DNA from: an uncultured Clostridia bacterium
GTDB taxonomy: Bacteria; Bacillota; Clostridia; TANB77; CAG-508
DNA length: 64,000 nucleotides
Assembly (NCBI GenBank): GCA_944387565.1
Contig: CALXFJ010000002.1
Span: 9,354 to 73,353 of the forward strand
Direction of reading: 5' to 3'
Below the pieces are notes generated by a model, which had not been told where the DNA came from, made no database searches, and saw nothing but the letters and a program-made list of their open reading frames with translations. The first letter of the stretch is position 1. Each line of letters starts with the position of its first letter. Made by a program: the position numbers and the translations under genes. Positions 1 to 9,850 of the stretch are shown here, piece after piece.

Positions 1-1
1 A

Positions 2-742
2 GCACAATCAGGACATCCAGGAGGTTCTTTATCAGTTGCAGATATACTTACAGTATTATATTTTGATGAATTAAATGTAGATGAAAAAAATCCAAAATGG
101 GAAGATAGGGATAGACTAGTATTATCTAAAGGACATTGTTCGCCTGCATTATATAGCTGTTTAGCAAATAGAGGATTTTTTGATGTAGAAAAATTAACAA
201 CATTTAGAAACATAGAAAGTAAATTACAAGGACATCCTGATATGACAAAAGTACCAGGAGTTGATATGACAACAGGTTCATTAGGACAAGGACTATCTGC
301 AGCAAATGGAATGGCAATAGCAGGAAAAATGGACAAGAAAAATTATAGAGTATATTGTATTTTAGGAGATGGAGAAATAGAAGAAGGACAAATTTGGGAA
401 GCAGCAATGGCATCTAGCAAATACAAATTAGATAATTTATGTGTAATAGTAGATAATAATAATTTGCAAATAGATGGAACGATAGATAAAGTAATGAGTC
501 CATATCCAATAGATGAGAAATTTAAAAGTTTTGGATTCCAAATAATAAATATAGATGGAAATGACATAGAAGAAATAAAAAAAGCATTTGAAGTAGCAAA
601 AAATGTAAAAGAAAAACCAGTATGCATAATAGCAAAAACAACAAAAGGAAAAGGTGTATCATTTATGGAAAATAAAGCAGAATGGCATGGAAAAGCACCT
701 AATGAAGAACAATATAAACAAGCTATGGAAGAATTAAAATAA
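2..742 (+). CDS. transketolase, N-terminal (TPP-binding) subunit; 5' end lies outside the window
   Basis: Frame-2 translation reads SGHPGGSLSVADIL...GDG, which are the thiamine-diphosphate-binding motifs, and ends with a stop at 742. The C-terminal subunit gene follows directly. Confidence 0.85.
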   Translation, partial: AQSGHPGGSLSVADILTVLYFDELNVDEKNPKWEDRDRLVLSKGHCSPALYSCLANRGFFDVEKLTTFRNIESKLQGHPDMTKVPGVDMTTGSLGQGLSAANGMAIAGKMDKKNYRVYCILGDGEIEEGQIWEAAMASSKYKLDNLCVIVDNNNLQIDGTIDKVMSPYPIDEKFKSFGFQIINIDGNDIEEIKKAFEVAKNVKEKPVCIIAKTTKGKGVSFMENKAEWHGKAPNEEQYKQAMEELK

Positions 743-764
743 TAAATTTAAGAGAGGTTTTGTT

Positions 765-1691
765 ATGGAAGAGATAAAAAAAGCGATAAGACAAAGTTAT
801 GGAGAAGCTTTAGCTGATTTAGGTAAGAAAAATGAAAAAATAGTAGTATTAGATGCTGATTTATCATCAGCAACTAAGACAAATATATTTGCAAAAGAAT
901 TTCCAGAAAGATTTTTAGATATGGGAATAGCAGAAGCAAATATGTTAGGAACAGCAGCAGGACTTGCAACATGTGGGAAAATACCATATGTGAGTACATT
1001 TGCAGCATTTGCAGCAGGAAGAGCATATGACCAAATAAGATGTAGTGTATGTTATCCTAAGTTAAATGTAAAAATATGTGTAACACATAGTGGAATAACA
1101 GTAGGAGAAGATGGAGCAACACATCAAATGATAGAAGATATTTCAATGATGAGAACAATGCCTAATATGACAGTAATGACAACGTCAGATGATGTAGAAA
1201 CTAAATGGGCAGTAGAAGAAATATCAAAAATAGAAGGGCCAGTGTATTTAAGACTTGCAAGAGTAAAGACAAGTAAAATATATGATGAAAATCAAAAATT
1301 TGAAATAGGAAAAGCTATTCAAATAGGAGAAGGAACAGATGCAACTATTTTTGCAACAGGAGTAACTGTAGAACAAGCATTGATTGCAAAAGAAGAGTTA
1401 CAAAAACAAGGAATAGAAGTGCGTGTTGTAGATATGCATACAATAAAACCAATAGATAAAGAAATGATAATAAAATGTGCAAAAGAAACTAAAAAACTGA
1501 TTTCTGTTGAAGACCATAGCGTAATAGGAGGATTAGGCTCAGCAATTTCTGAAGTTTTAACAGAAAATTATCCAGTAAAATTAAAAAGAATAGGAATAAA
1601 AGATTGTTTTGGTCGTTCAGGAAAGGCAGAAGAATTAATTAAATATTTTGGAATAGATTCTGAAAGTATTAAAAAAGCTGTGCAAGAATAA
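765..1691 (+). CDS. transketolase, C-terminal subunit
   Basis: 308 aa with the pyrimidine-binding and C-terminal domains typical of split tkt genes in Clostridia. An RBS precedes the start. Confidence 0.85.
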   Translation: MEEIKKAIRQSYGEALADLGKKNEKIVVLDADLSSATKTNIFAKEFPERFLDMGIAEANMLGTAAGLATCGKIPYVSTFAAFAAGRAYDQIRCSVCYPKLNVKICVTHSGITVGEDGATHQMIEDISMMRTMPNMTVMTTSDDVETKWAVEEISKIEGPVYLRLARVKTSKIYDENQKFEIGKAIQIGEGTDATIFATGVTVEQALIAKEELQKQGIEVRVVDMHTIKPIDKEMIIKCAKETKKLISVEDHSVIGGLGSAISEVLTENYPVKLKRIGIKDCFGRSGKAEELIKYFGIDSESIKKAVQE

Positions 1692-1916
1692 ACTTGCTTA
1701 GCTTTTTTTTCTATTGTGAACATTTTGTAAATTTTGAAAAATGAAGAAAAATGAAGAAAGCGGCTAAAAAAAGCAAAAAAACCAACTTTTTCTATCGAAA
1801 AAGTACTAAAAAAGTATTGCAAAATTTCAACTTTATTGATATGATTAGATAGGATAAAATATAATAGGAATTTATGGGTTAAAGAATATATAAACAAAAG
1901 GTAAGGAGAAACTAAA

Positions 1917-2603
1917 ATGATTGAATTTAGAAATGTTTCAAAGGTATATGATACAGGTACAAAAGCAATAAAAAATGCAAATTTTGTTATAGACAAAGGT
2001 GAGTTTGCATTTTTGGTTGGTTCATCAGGAAGTGGAAAATCAACATTAATAAAGTTAATATTAAAAGAAGAAGAACCAACATCAGGAAATATAATAATAA
2101 ATGGAAAAGACACAACATTTTTAAAACCAAATAGAATACCATATTTAAGAAGAAGTATGGGGGTTGTATTCCAAGATTTTAGACTTTTACCAGATAAAAC
2201 AGTATATGATAATGTAGCATATGCAATGTATATAGTAAGAGCAACACCAAGGCATATAAGAAGACAAGTACCAATGGTATTATCACTTGTAGGACTAAGT
2301 GGAAAAGCTAAAATGTATCCTAATGAACTATCAGGAGGAGAACAACAAAGGGTTGCATTAGCAAGAGCATTAGTAAATAATCCATCAATGCTAATAGCAG
2401 ATGAGCCAACAGGAAATTTAGACCCAGAAACAGCATGGGATATTATGAATTTACTAAATGATATTAATATGAGAGGAACAACAGTAGTTGTAGCAACACA
2501 TGCTAAAGATATAGTAGACAAAATGAAAAAAAGAGTTATCCATATTAGTAAAGGACAAATAGTAAGAGACGATAAAAAAGGTGGGTATGATTATGAAATA
2601 TAA
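1917..2603 (+). CDS. ftsE: cell division ATP-binding protein FtsE
   Basis: ABC ATPase with Walker A GSSGSGKST and signature LSGGEQQR. It overlaps ftsX. Confidence 0.9.
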   Translation: MIEFRNVSKVYDTGTKAIKNANFVIDKGEFAFLVGSSGSGKSTLIKLILKEEEPTSGNIIINGKDTTFLKPNRIPYLRRSMGVVFQDFRLLPDKTVYDNVAYAMYIVRATPRHIRRQVPMVLSLVGLSGKAKMYPNELSGGEQQRVALARALVNNPSMLIADEPTGNLDPETAWDIMNLLNDINMRGTTVVVATHAKDIVDKMKKRVIHISKGQIVRDDKKGGYDYEI

Positions 2604-3498
2604 TATATTAGGATATTTAATAGGTGAAGGATTTAGTAACGTATTTAAAAACAAAAAATCAACAGGTGCTTCTCTTATGATTATGTGTGCTACTATGATA
2701 ATATTTGGAATTTTCTTGATTCTAGGAGAAAATATTAATCATTTTGTAGACCAAGTAGAGTCAGAACAAGGAATGCAAGTATTTGTTAAAAATGAAGCAA
2801 CACAAGAACAAATAGATGAATTAGGCGAAAAGATAAGAGCAATAGATGGTGTGAGTACAGTAGAATTTGTATCAAAAGATGAAGCATTAGAACAAATGAG
2901 AGAAAGATTTGGAGATAAACAAGATTTATTAGATGGATACGAAGGAGAAAATAATATATTTACAGCATCTTATGTTGTAACATTAACAGATTTAACAAAG
3001 AGTAAAACAGTTCAAGACCAAATTAATACATATACTGATGTAGTAAAGAAAATTACTAGTAAAGATGAAGTTGTTACAACTTTAATTAATTTAGCAAATG
3101 GAATTAAAATTGTAACAGGAGTAATTTTAGTATTATTAATTATAATTTCAATATTCATAATAGCAAATACAATAAAACTTACAGTACATGCAAGAAGAAA
3201 AGAAATCTCAATTATGAAATATGTAGGTGCAACAAACAACTTTATAAGATGGCCTTTTATAGTAGAAGGTATGATTATAGGAATATTAGCAAGTATAATT
3301 TCAATCATTATTGTAGGAGTAGCATATACATTTATAGCAGATAAATTAGTAAATGTAGAATTTATGCAATTAATTAATATGAGTTTAATTAGCTTTAGTG
3401 ATATGTTTAACTCAATAATATTAGTATATATGCTATTAGGAATTGGAATAGGTGTTCTTGGAAGCTTAATTTCTATGAGAAAATATTTAAAAGTATAA
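2593..3498 (+). CDS. ftsX: cell division permease FtsX
   Basis: Translationally coupled to ftsE. It has four C-terminal transmembrane segments. An RBS (aaggtggg) precedes the ATG at 2593, and a longer ORF from a GTG at 2581 is also possible. Confidence 0.8.
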   Translation: MKYNILGYLIGEGFSNVFKNKKSTGASLMIMCATMIIFGIFLILGENINHFVDQVESEQGMQVFVKNEATQEQIDELGEKIRAIDGVSTVEFVSKDEALEQMRERFGDKQDLLDGYEGENNIFTASYVVTLTDLTKSKTVQDQINTYTDVVKKITSKDEVVTTLINLANGIKIVTGVILVLLIIISIFIIANTIKLTVHARRKEISIMKYVGATNNFIRWPFIVEGMIIGILASIISIIIVGVAYTFIADKLVNVEFMQLINMSLISFSDMFNSIILVYMLLGIGIGVLGSLISMRKYLKV

Positions 3499-3507
3499 GG
3501 AGAGAAT

Positions 3508-4716
3508 ATGCGAAAAGTTTTAAGTTGTATGCTAGCTTTTGCAATATGTGTTTTAAGTATTTTTTCTTATGTACAAGCAGATAATGAAACACAAAATACA
3601 GCAATAGATAATTTGCAAAATCAAAGAAATGAAGTTCAAAGTCAAGTAGATGCAGCAAATGAAGAATTAGAAGGAGTTCAAAGTGACTTATCAGAAAACT
3701 TACAACAAGTTCAAAAGCTAGATGAAAAAATAAACAGTTCACAAGAAGAGTTAGATAATATAAATACACAAATGGATGAATTACAAAAATCAATAGATAG
3801 TGTAGAGGCTGATTTAAAAGTTGCTGAAGATAATTATAACAATCAGAAAACTTTATTAGATAATCGTTTGGTAGCAATACAAGAATCAGAAGATACAAAA
3901 TATCTAGACGTTCTACTAAGTTCAAAAAGTATATCAGAATTTTTATCAAGCTATTTTCTAATTACAGAACTTGCTACATATGATATGGACTTATTAGATG
4001 AAATGCAAGAAAAGAAAGATAATATAGAAAATTCTAAAAGTCAGCTGGAAACATCAAGAGAGCAATTAGCAGCATTAAAAACAAGTCAAACGAAAACAGC
4101 TAAAATTTTGGAAAACACAAAAACGGTAAGAGAAAATTTTATTTCAAAATTATCTGACCAAGAAAAACAAATACAAAGTCAGATAGATGAATATAACGCA
4201 CAAGTAACAGCAATTAATAATGAAATTTTAGCTTTAGCACAAGGAAGTATTTTAAGTCAATACATAGGTGGAGAACTAGCATGGCCAGTACCTGGATATA
4301 CAAGAATAACATCAAAATATGGAATGAGGACACACCCAATAACAGGAGTTTATAAATTACATACAGGTGTAGATATAGGAGCACCAATGGGGGCAAACTT
4401 TATTGCAGCAAATGATGGAATTGTAACAAAAGCAGGCTATAATGGTGCATACGGTAATATGGTAATTATAGACCATGGTGGAGGAATTTCTACATTATAT
4501 GCACATGGTTCAGAAATTTTAGTACAAGTTGGACAATCTGTAAAAAGAGGTGACCCAATATTAAAAGTAGGGTCAACAGGATATTCAACAGGAGCACATG
4601 CTCACTTTGAAGTTAGAATAAATGGAGTTGTAACAGACCCGATGCCATATATAACAAATGGACTAGTACCAGAAACACAAAATAAAGATGAAGAAACACA
4701 AAATGAAACACAATAA
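3508..4716 (+). CDS. M23/LytM-family peptidoglycan metalloendopeptidase with N-terminal coiled coil and signal peptide
   Basis: The C-terminal LytM domain carries the HTGVD...HAHFEVR motifs. A long coiled-coil N-terminal half sits downstream of ftsEX (EnvC-like arrangement). Confidence 0.8.
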   Translation: MRKVLSCMLAFAICVLSIFSYVQADNETQNTAIDNLQNQRNEVQSQVDAANEELEGVQSDLSENLQQVQKLDEKINSSQEELDNINTQMDELQKSIDSVEADLKVAEDNYNNQKTLLDNRLVAIQESEDTKYLDVLLSSKSISEFLSSYFLITELATYDMDLLDEMQEKKDNIENSKSQLETSREQLAALKTSQTKTAKILENTKTVRENFISKLSDQEKQIQSQIDEYNAQVTAINNEILALAQGSILSQYIGGELAWPVPGYTRITSKYGMRTHPITGVYKLHTGVDIGAPMGANFIAANDGIVTKAGYNGAYGNMVIIDHGGGISTLYAHGSEILVQVGQSVKRGDPILKVGSTGYSTGAHAHFEVRINGVVTDPMPYITNGLVPETQNKDEETQNETQ

Positions 4717-4758
4717 AAATTAAAAAATATAAAATATAAAATATTTTAGGAGGAACTT

Positions 4759-5997
4759 ATGAAAAAGATAGGATTAAAAATATTGGGAATAGTAATAATT
4801 TTAATAGTATTATTACAAAGTACAATGGTATTTGCTGCAGCTGATACAAGTGCATTAAAAAATGAACAAAATAAAAACAAAGAGCAAATTAATGATTTGA
4901 ATGACCAAAAAGACCAAGTTCAGAAAGAAAAATCAAATACTCAAGAAGAGGTAAATGATTTAAGTGCTCAAATTTCTGATTATCAAGCTCAAATTAATGA
5001 TTTGAATTCAAAAATAAATGATTTAAATAATCAGATAGAAGAGTCTCAAAAGAAATTAGATGAAGCACAAGCTAAGTATAACGAAAATAAAAAATTAGCA
5101 GAAGAAAGATTAGTGGTAATGCAAGAATCTGGAGATACAACATATTTAGATTTAATACTTTCATCAGATAGTATAACAGATTTAATTTCAGGTTATTATT
5201 TAGCATCAGAATTAGCAGAAGCTGATACGGAACTTTTAAGTAACTTAGAGTCTGAGAGACAAGAAGTTGAAAAGGCAAAACAAGATTTAGAAAGTAAGAA
5301 AAAAGAATTAGATACATCAAAAGCAAGTAAACAAAGTATTACAACACAATTACAAACTGCTAAAAACGAAAAGACTCAAAAAGTTGCAGATCTTTCTGAA
5401 GATGAAAAAGAATTACAAGCAAGAATTGATGAATTACAAGAAGAAAATGATAGAATAGCAGGAGAAATACAAGAAGCACAAAGAAAATATGCAGCACAAA
5501 TAGCAGCATTAGAGAATAAAAAGAATAATTCAAGCTCTTCAAGTAATTCAAGTGGTTCAAACAGTTCAGGTGGCTCATCAGGAGGAAGTTATAATAGTGG
5601 AAGTACTGGAAGACTTCAAAGACCAGTATCATCAGGACGTGTTACAGCAGGCATGACATATCCAAGTGGTGGATATCATGGAGGAATAGATTTTGGAGTA
5701 TCATCAGGAACACCAGTATATGCAGCAGATGATGGAGTAGTAATAAAAACAGCTAATTTAACAACAAGCTATGGTACATATGTAGTAATTCAACATGCTG
5801 GAGGATTACAAACATGGTATGCTCATGGTACTAGAGGTTCAATATTAGTATCACCAGGACAAACTGTTTCAAGAGGACAACAAATAATGTTATCAGGAAA
5901 TACAGGAAATTCAACAGGACCACATTTACACTTTGAAGTAAGAGTAGCACCATATACATATAGAACATGTAATGTTAATCCTACAAATTATTTTTAA
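4759..5997 (+). CDS. second M23/LytM-family peptidase, coiled-coil N-terminus and Ser/Gly-rich linker
   Basis: Signal peptide followed by coiled coil, then a low-complexity SSSSNSSGSNSSGG linker and a C-terminal M23 domain (HGGIDF...HLHFEVR). Confidence 0.8.
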   Translation: MKKIGLKILGIVIILIVLLQSTMVFAAADTSALKNEQNKNKEQINDLNDQKDQVQKEKSNTQEEVNDLSAQISDYQAQINDLNSKINDLNNQIEESQKKLDEAQAKYNENKKLAEERLVVMQESGDTTYLDLILSSDSITDLISGYYLASELAEADTELLSNLESERQEVEKAKQDLESKKKELDTSKASKQSITTQLQTAKNEKTQKVADLSEDEKELQARIDELQEENDRIAGEIQEAQRKYAAQIAALENKKNNSSSSSNSSGSNSSGGSSGGSYNSGSTGRLQRPVSSGRVTAGMTYPSGGYHGGIDFGVSSGTPVYAADDGVVIKTANLTTSYGTYVVIQHAGGLQTWYAHGTRGSILVSPGQTVSRGQQIMLSGNTGNSTGPHLHFEVRVAPYTYRTCNVNPTNYF

Positions 5998-6073
5998 ATG
6001 AATGAAAACTAATTTAATAGAATAAAATTATAAGGGCGGAAGTTCTCCGCCCAAGTTACTTATTTAACCGAAA

Positions 6074-7300
6074 TTGGAGGCAGTAGAATTGGAAGAAAAA
6101 AGAAATTTTAAAACCTATAAGATTGTAATGCTAGTAATATTAGTTGCATTTGTTACATTTCTACTAACAACTATAGGAATGTATCAATACTTTACAAAAG
6201 ATGGATTTGGAAAGCAACTAGTAGCAACTTCTAGTAATAATGAAGAAATAGCCAATACATTAACTCAATATAGAAAAATAATAGATAAATATTATTTAGG
6301 AGATATTGATGAAGAAAAACTAAAAGAAGGTGCAATAAAAGGCTATGTAGAAGGACTTGGAGATAAGTATACAGAATATATACCTAAAGAAGAAATGGAA
6401 GACTATATGGCAGATACAACAGGAAATTTTGTAGGAATTGGAATATATATGGTACAAGACACAGAAGCAAATAAAATAATGGTATTATCACCTATAAAAG
6501 GAGGTCCAGCAGAAAAAGCAGGATTACAACCAGGAGATTACATAATAGCAGTAGATGGAGTACAATATACAGGAGAGCAAATGACAGAAGCATCTAATAA
6601 AATAAAAGGAGAAGAAGGCACAACAGTAAAATTAGAAGTACAAAGAGGTAACGAGACTTTAGATTATGAAATAACAAGAGAAAACGTAAAAGTAAATCCT
6701 GTAGAAGGAGAAGTTTTAGATAATAATATAGGTTATATTACATTCTCATCATTTGATGATGGAACAGCAGAAGAATTTAAAGCAAAATATGAGGAACTAG
6801 CAAAACAAGGTATACAATCATTAATAATAGATTTAAGAAATAATGGTGGAGGAATTGTAGATGAAGCTTTAGAAATTGCAAATTATATATTAGATAAAGA
6901 TTCTGTTATTTTATATGAAGTTGATAAAAATAATAATGAAACAGAAGAGAAAACAACAGATGAACCAATTATTAATATACCAATAATAGTTCTTACAAAT
7001 GAAAATACAGCAAGTTCATCAGAAATACTTGCAGGAGCATTAAAAGACCACGGAAAAGCAAAAATAGTGGGAACAAAGACATATGGAAAAGGAGTAATAC
7101 AACAATTATTAACATTACCAGATGGAAGTGGTTTAAAAATAACAGCTGAAGAATATTTAACTCCAAATAAAACCAAAATAAATGGTGTAGGAATAGAACC
7201 TGATGAGATTGTAGAATTACCAGATAGTGTTGAAAATGTATTAAATGTAGATAGAAACGAAGATACACAATTACAAAAAGCAATGGAATTATTAAAGTAA
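6074..7300 (+). CDS. ctpA: carboxy-terminal processing protease (S41) with PDZ domain
   Basis: PDZ domain plus S41 catalytic region (GGGIVDEA...TASSSEILAG). The real start is probably the TTG at 6089 behind the ggagg RBS. Confidence 0.8.
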   Translation: MEAVELEEKRNFKTYKIVMLVILVAFVTFLLTTIGMYQYFTKDGFGKQLVATSSNNEEIANTLTQYRKIIDKYYLGDIDEEKLKEGAIKGYVEGLGDKYTEYIPKEEMEDYMADTTGNFVGIGIYMVQDTEANKIMVLSPIKGGPAEKAGLQPGDYIIAVDGVQYTGEQMTEASNKIKGEEGTTVKLEVQRGNETLDYEITRENVKVNPVEGEVLDNNIGYITFSSFDDGTAEEFKAKYEELAKQGIQSLIIDLRNNGGGIVDEALEIANYILDKDSVILYEVDKNNNETEEKTTDEPIINIPIIVLTNENTASSSEILAGALKDHGKAKIVGTKTYGKGVIQQLLTLPDGSGLKITAEEYLTPNKTKINGVGIEPDEIVELPDSVENVLNVDRNEDTQLQKAMELLK

Positions 7301-7354
7301 TGTCGCGTTGGGGACGTTTCTCATGCGACATACCAAAAGAAATGAGGGAATAAA

Positions 7355-7948
7355 ATGAATTTACCAAATAAACTAACAATTTTTAGAATTATATTAGTAC
7401 CAATAATGGTAATTATACCTTTTTTTGGAATAGATGGAAGAATAGCAGGAATACCAATAGAATGGTTAATAATTGATGTAGTATTTTTAATAGCATCATT
7501 AACAGATAAATTAGATGGGTATTTAGCAAGAAAAAATAATCAAGTAACAGCATTTGGTAAATTTTTAGACCCTTTAGCAGATAAAATATTAGTACTAGCT
7601 GCAATGATGATGTTAGTAGAAATGCAAAAACTACCAGCATGGATACCAATTATAGTGTTAGCAAGAGAATTTATGGTATCTGGTTATAGATTAATTGCAG
7701 TAGAAAAAGGAGGGGAAGTAATTGCAGCATCTAAGTGGGGAAAATTAAAAACAGTAACTCAAATGATTGCAATAGTCTTAGCATTCTTAGATTTAAATGC
7801 ATTTGGAGAATGCTTTACAGGAGTATTACAAGGAGGAGATTTAATATTAAATTTAATAGTGACCATTATGATGATTATACAAGTAATTGCAACTATCTTT
7901 TCTGGAATTGATTATATGAAAGGTGCTAAAAAATATATAAAAGATTAA
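7355..7948 (+). CDS. pgsA: CDP-diacylglycerol--glycerol-3-phosphate 3-phosphatidyltransferase
   Basis: CDP-alcohol phosphatidyltransferase motif DxxDGxxAR...G...D...D in a membrane protein. Confidence 0.85.
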   Translation: MNLPNKLTIFRIILVPIMVIIPFFGIDGRIAGIPIEWLIIDVVFLIASLTDKLDGYLARKNNQVTAFGKFLDPLADKILVLAAMMMLVEMQKLPAWIPIIVLAREFMVSGYRLIAVEKGGEVIAASKWGKLKTVTQMIAIVLAFLDLNAFGECFTGVLQGGDLILNLIVTIMMIIQVIATIFSGIDYMKGAKKYIKD

Positions 7949-8085
7949 TAAAAAAGTATAAAAAAATAAGGAATGAATAAATTATAAAATAAAAATGAAG
8001 TTTGCTTGACAAATTTCATTTTTTGTCTTAATATATTAAAGACTGATTTAATAAGTTAAATTACATTAGGAAGGAGTAATGAACT

Positions 8086-8562
8086 ATGGAAGAAAAGGAA
8101 GTATTATTAACTCAAGAAGGATATAATAATTTAGAAAGCGAGTTAAATTTTTTAAAAACAGAAAAAAGAGCTGAGATAGCTGATAGAATAAAAGTTGCTC
8201 TAGGATTTGGAGATTTATCAGAAAATTCTGAATATGATGAAGCAAAAACAGCACAAGCAGAAAATGAAGTAAGAATAGCAGAACTTGAAAATAAACTAAG
8301 ACATGCAAAAATTATAGAGCAAAAAGATATAGATACAGATACAGTACAAGTGGGAAACAAAGTACAAGTTCTTGATATGGAATTTGATGAAAAAGTTGAA
8401 TATCAAATAGTAGGTTCAACAGAAGTAAACTTAGCTGAAAATAGAATATCTAATGAATCACCTTTAGGAGAAGCTTTACTTGGTGCAAAGAAAAATAATA
8501 TTGTTGAAGTAAATGCTCCAGGTGGAATTATGAAATATAAGATATTATCAATCAAAAAATAA
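8086..8562 (+). CDS. greA: transcription elongation factor GreA
   Basis: 158 aa with a coiled-coil N-terminus and an FKBP-like C-terminus. A sigma-A promoter (TTGACA-17-TAATAT) lies upstream. Confidence 0.9.
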   Translation: MEEKEVLLTQEGYNNLESELNFLKTEKRAEIADRIKVALGFGDLSENSEYDEAKTAQAENEVRIAELENKLRHAKIIEQKDIDTDTVQVGNKVQVLDMEFDEKVEYQIVGSTEVNLAENRISNESPLGEALLGAKKNNIVEVNAPGGIMKYKILSIKK

Positions 8563-8646
8563 TTTTTGAGACTTAAAATGTAAAAAGAATAAAAAATATC
8601 CTTAATAATCTAATTAAGGATATTTTTTGTTTAACTTCTAAAAAAA

Positions 8647-9372
8647 TTAATTAAGTTCTAAGCTACTTTCTAAAGCAAGTTTTATCATTTTATTTAATCC
8701 AGTTTCTCTTTCTTCAGGAGTGGCTATTTCTTTAATGTATTTAGAATCAACAACACTCATTAAACAAGAAGCTCTTTTATTAAACATTTTTGCAGTATAA
8801 AATAATGCAAAAGCTTCCATTTCAGCTCCAAGAGGATTAAAATCTTTTGGAACTCTTTCTAAAAATTGGTTAACATCTGTCATATATACATCAAAACAAT
8901 CAGTACATACAGTATTTCCTTTGAATATTTTTATATTGTTTTTATTAGCAGTTTTTTCAATTATAGAATTTAATTCTTTATTTCCATCTGCAATATGGCA
9001 ATTATCATTATTTAAAGTTAAAGCAAAATTACTTTCACTAAAAACTTGATTAGAAAGTATTATATCAAATAATTTTAATTCAGGGCTATAGCTACCACAA
9101 GAACCAATTCTTATAATATTTTCTACTTCATAGAATTTATATAATTCATAAGAATAAATCCCTATACTTGGCATTCCCATTCCTGATGTCATAACAGTTA
9201 TTTCTTTTCCTTTATATTTTCCTGTATACGCATATGCACATCTTATACTATTTACAAGTTTAACATCCTCTAAAAAGTTTTCAGCTATATATTTTGCACG
9301 AAGTGGGTCTCCTGGCATAATAACAGTTTTAGCAATATCACCTAATTTTGCTTCATTATGTGGTGTTGGCAT
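8647..9372 (-). CDS. deoD: purine nucleoside phosphorylase DeoD-type
   Basis: 241 aa PNP/UDP-1 family protein, with a bidirectional terminator at 8590-8630. Confidence 0.85.
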   Translation of the reverse strand: MPTPHNEAKLGDIAKTVIMPGDPLRAKYIAENFLEDVKLVNSIRCAYAYTGKYKGKEITVMTSGMGMPSIGIYSYELYKFYEVENIIRIGSCGSYSPELKLFDIILSNQVFSESNFALTLNNDNCHIADGNKELNSIIEKTANKNNIKIFKGNTVCTDCFDVYMTDVNQFLERVPKDFNPLGAEMEAFALFYTAKMFNKRASCLMSVVDSKYIKEIATPEERETGLNKMIKLALESSLELN

Positions 9373-9473
9373 AAAAATTCCTCCTTTAAATTTATTTTAT
9401 ATAAATAGTATATCACAAAATGAGAATTTTGGGGACGGAGCTTTTTTGTCTCATTTTATCTAAAGTACAAAAA

Positions 9474-9695
9474 TTACTTACTTTTTGGGTATGGTTTTTT
9501 GATATCTGTTAATTTAGCAATATAATCAATAGATACATTATAATATTTTGCAAATTTTATTATTGTATCTAATGGTGGTATCCTTTCACCATTTTCATAT
9601 CTGATATATGAATTCTTAGATATGTATGCTATTTCAGCACATTGTTTTTGAGTTAAGTCTTTATCTTCTCTTAAATCTCTTAATCTTGTATTCAT
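9474..9695 (-). CDS. XRE-family helix-turn-helix transcriptional regulator
   Basis: 73 aa HTH_XRE protein, transcribed divergently from the FGE-domain gene at 9851. Confidence 0.75.
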   Translation of the reverse strand: MNTRLRDLREDKDLTQKQCAEIAYISKNSYIRYENGERIPPLDTIIKFAKYYNVSIDYIAKLTDIKKPYPKSK

Positions 9696-9850
9696 TTAGT
9701 TCACCTCAAAAATAATTATAAAAAATACTTCATTCGGGGTTGGTTTTTACTCTATATGGGGTATTATTATTTTAACAACCCAATTGGAGTACAATATAAA
9801 ATTTTAAATAATAAAAAATATTAAAACAAAAGAAAAGGAGAGAAAAATTT

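Noticed and set aside
1568-2521. A 317-aa minus-strand ORF overlapping the end of tkt and ftsE. Many similar Leu/Phe/Ile-rich antisense ORFs occur elsewhere (for example 3473-3949, 11756-12244, 24083-24661, 18632-19370).
   Set aside because: Their translations are low-complexity hydrophobic strings, typical of antisense reading of AT-rich coding DNA. They lack an RBS, and each overlaps a well-supported conserved gene on the other strand.
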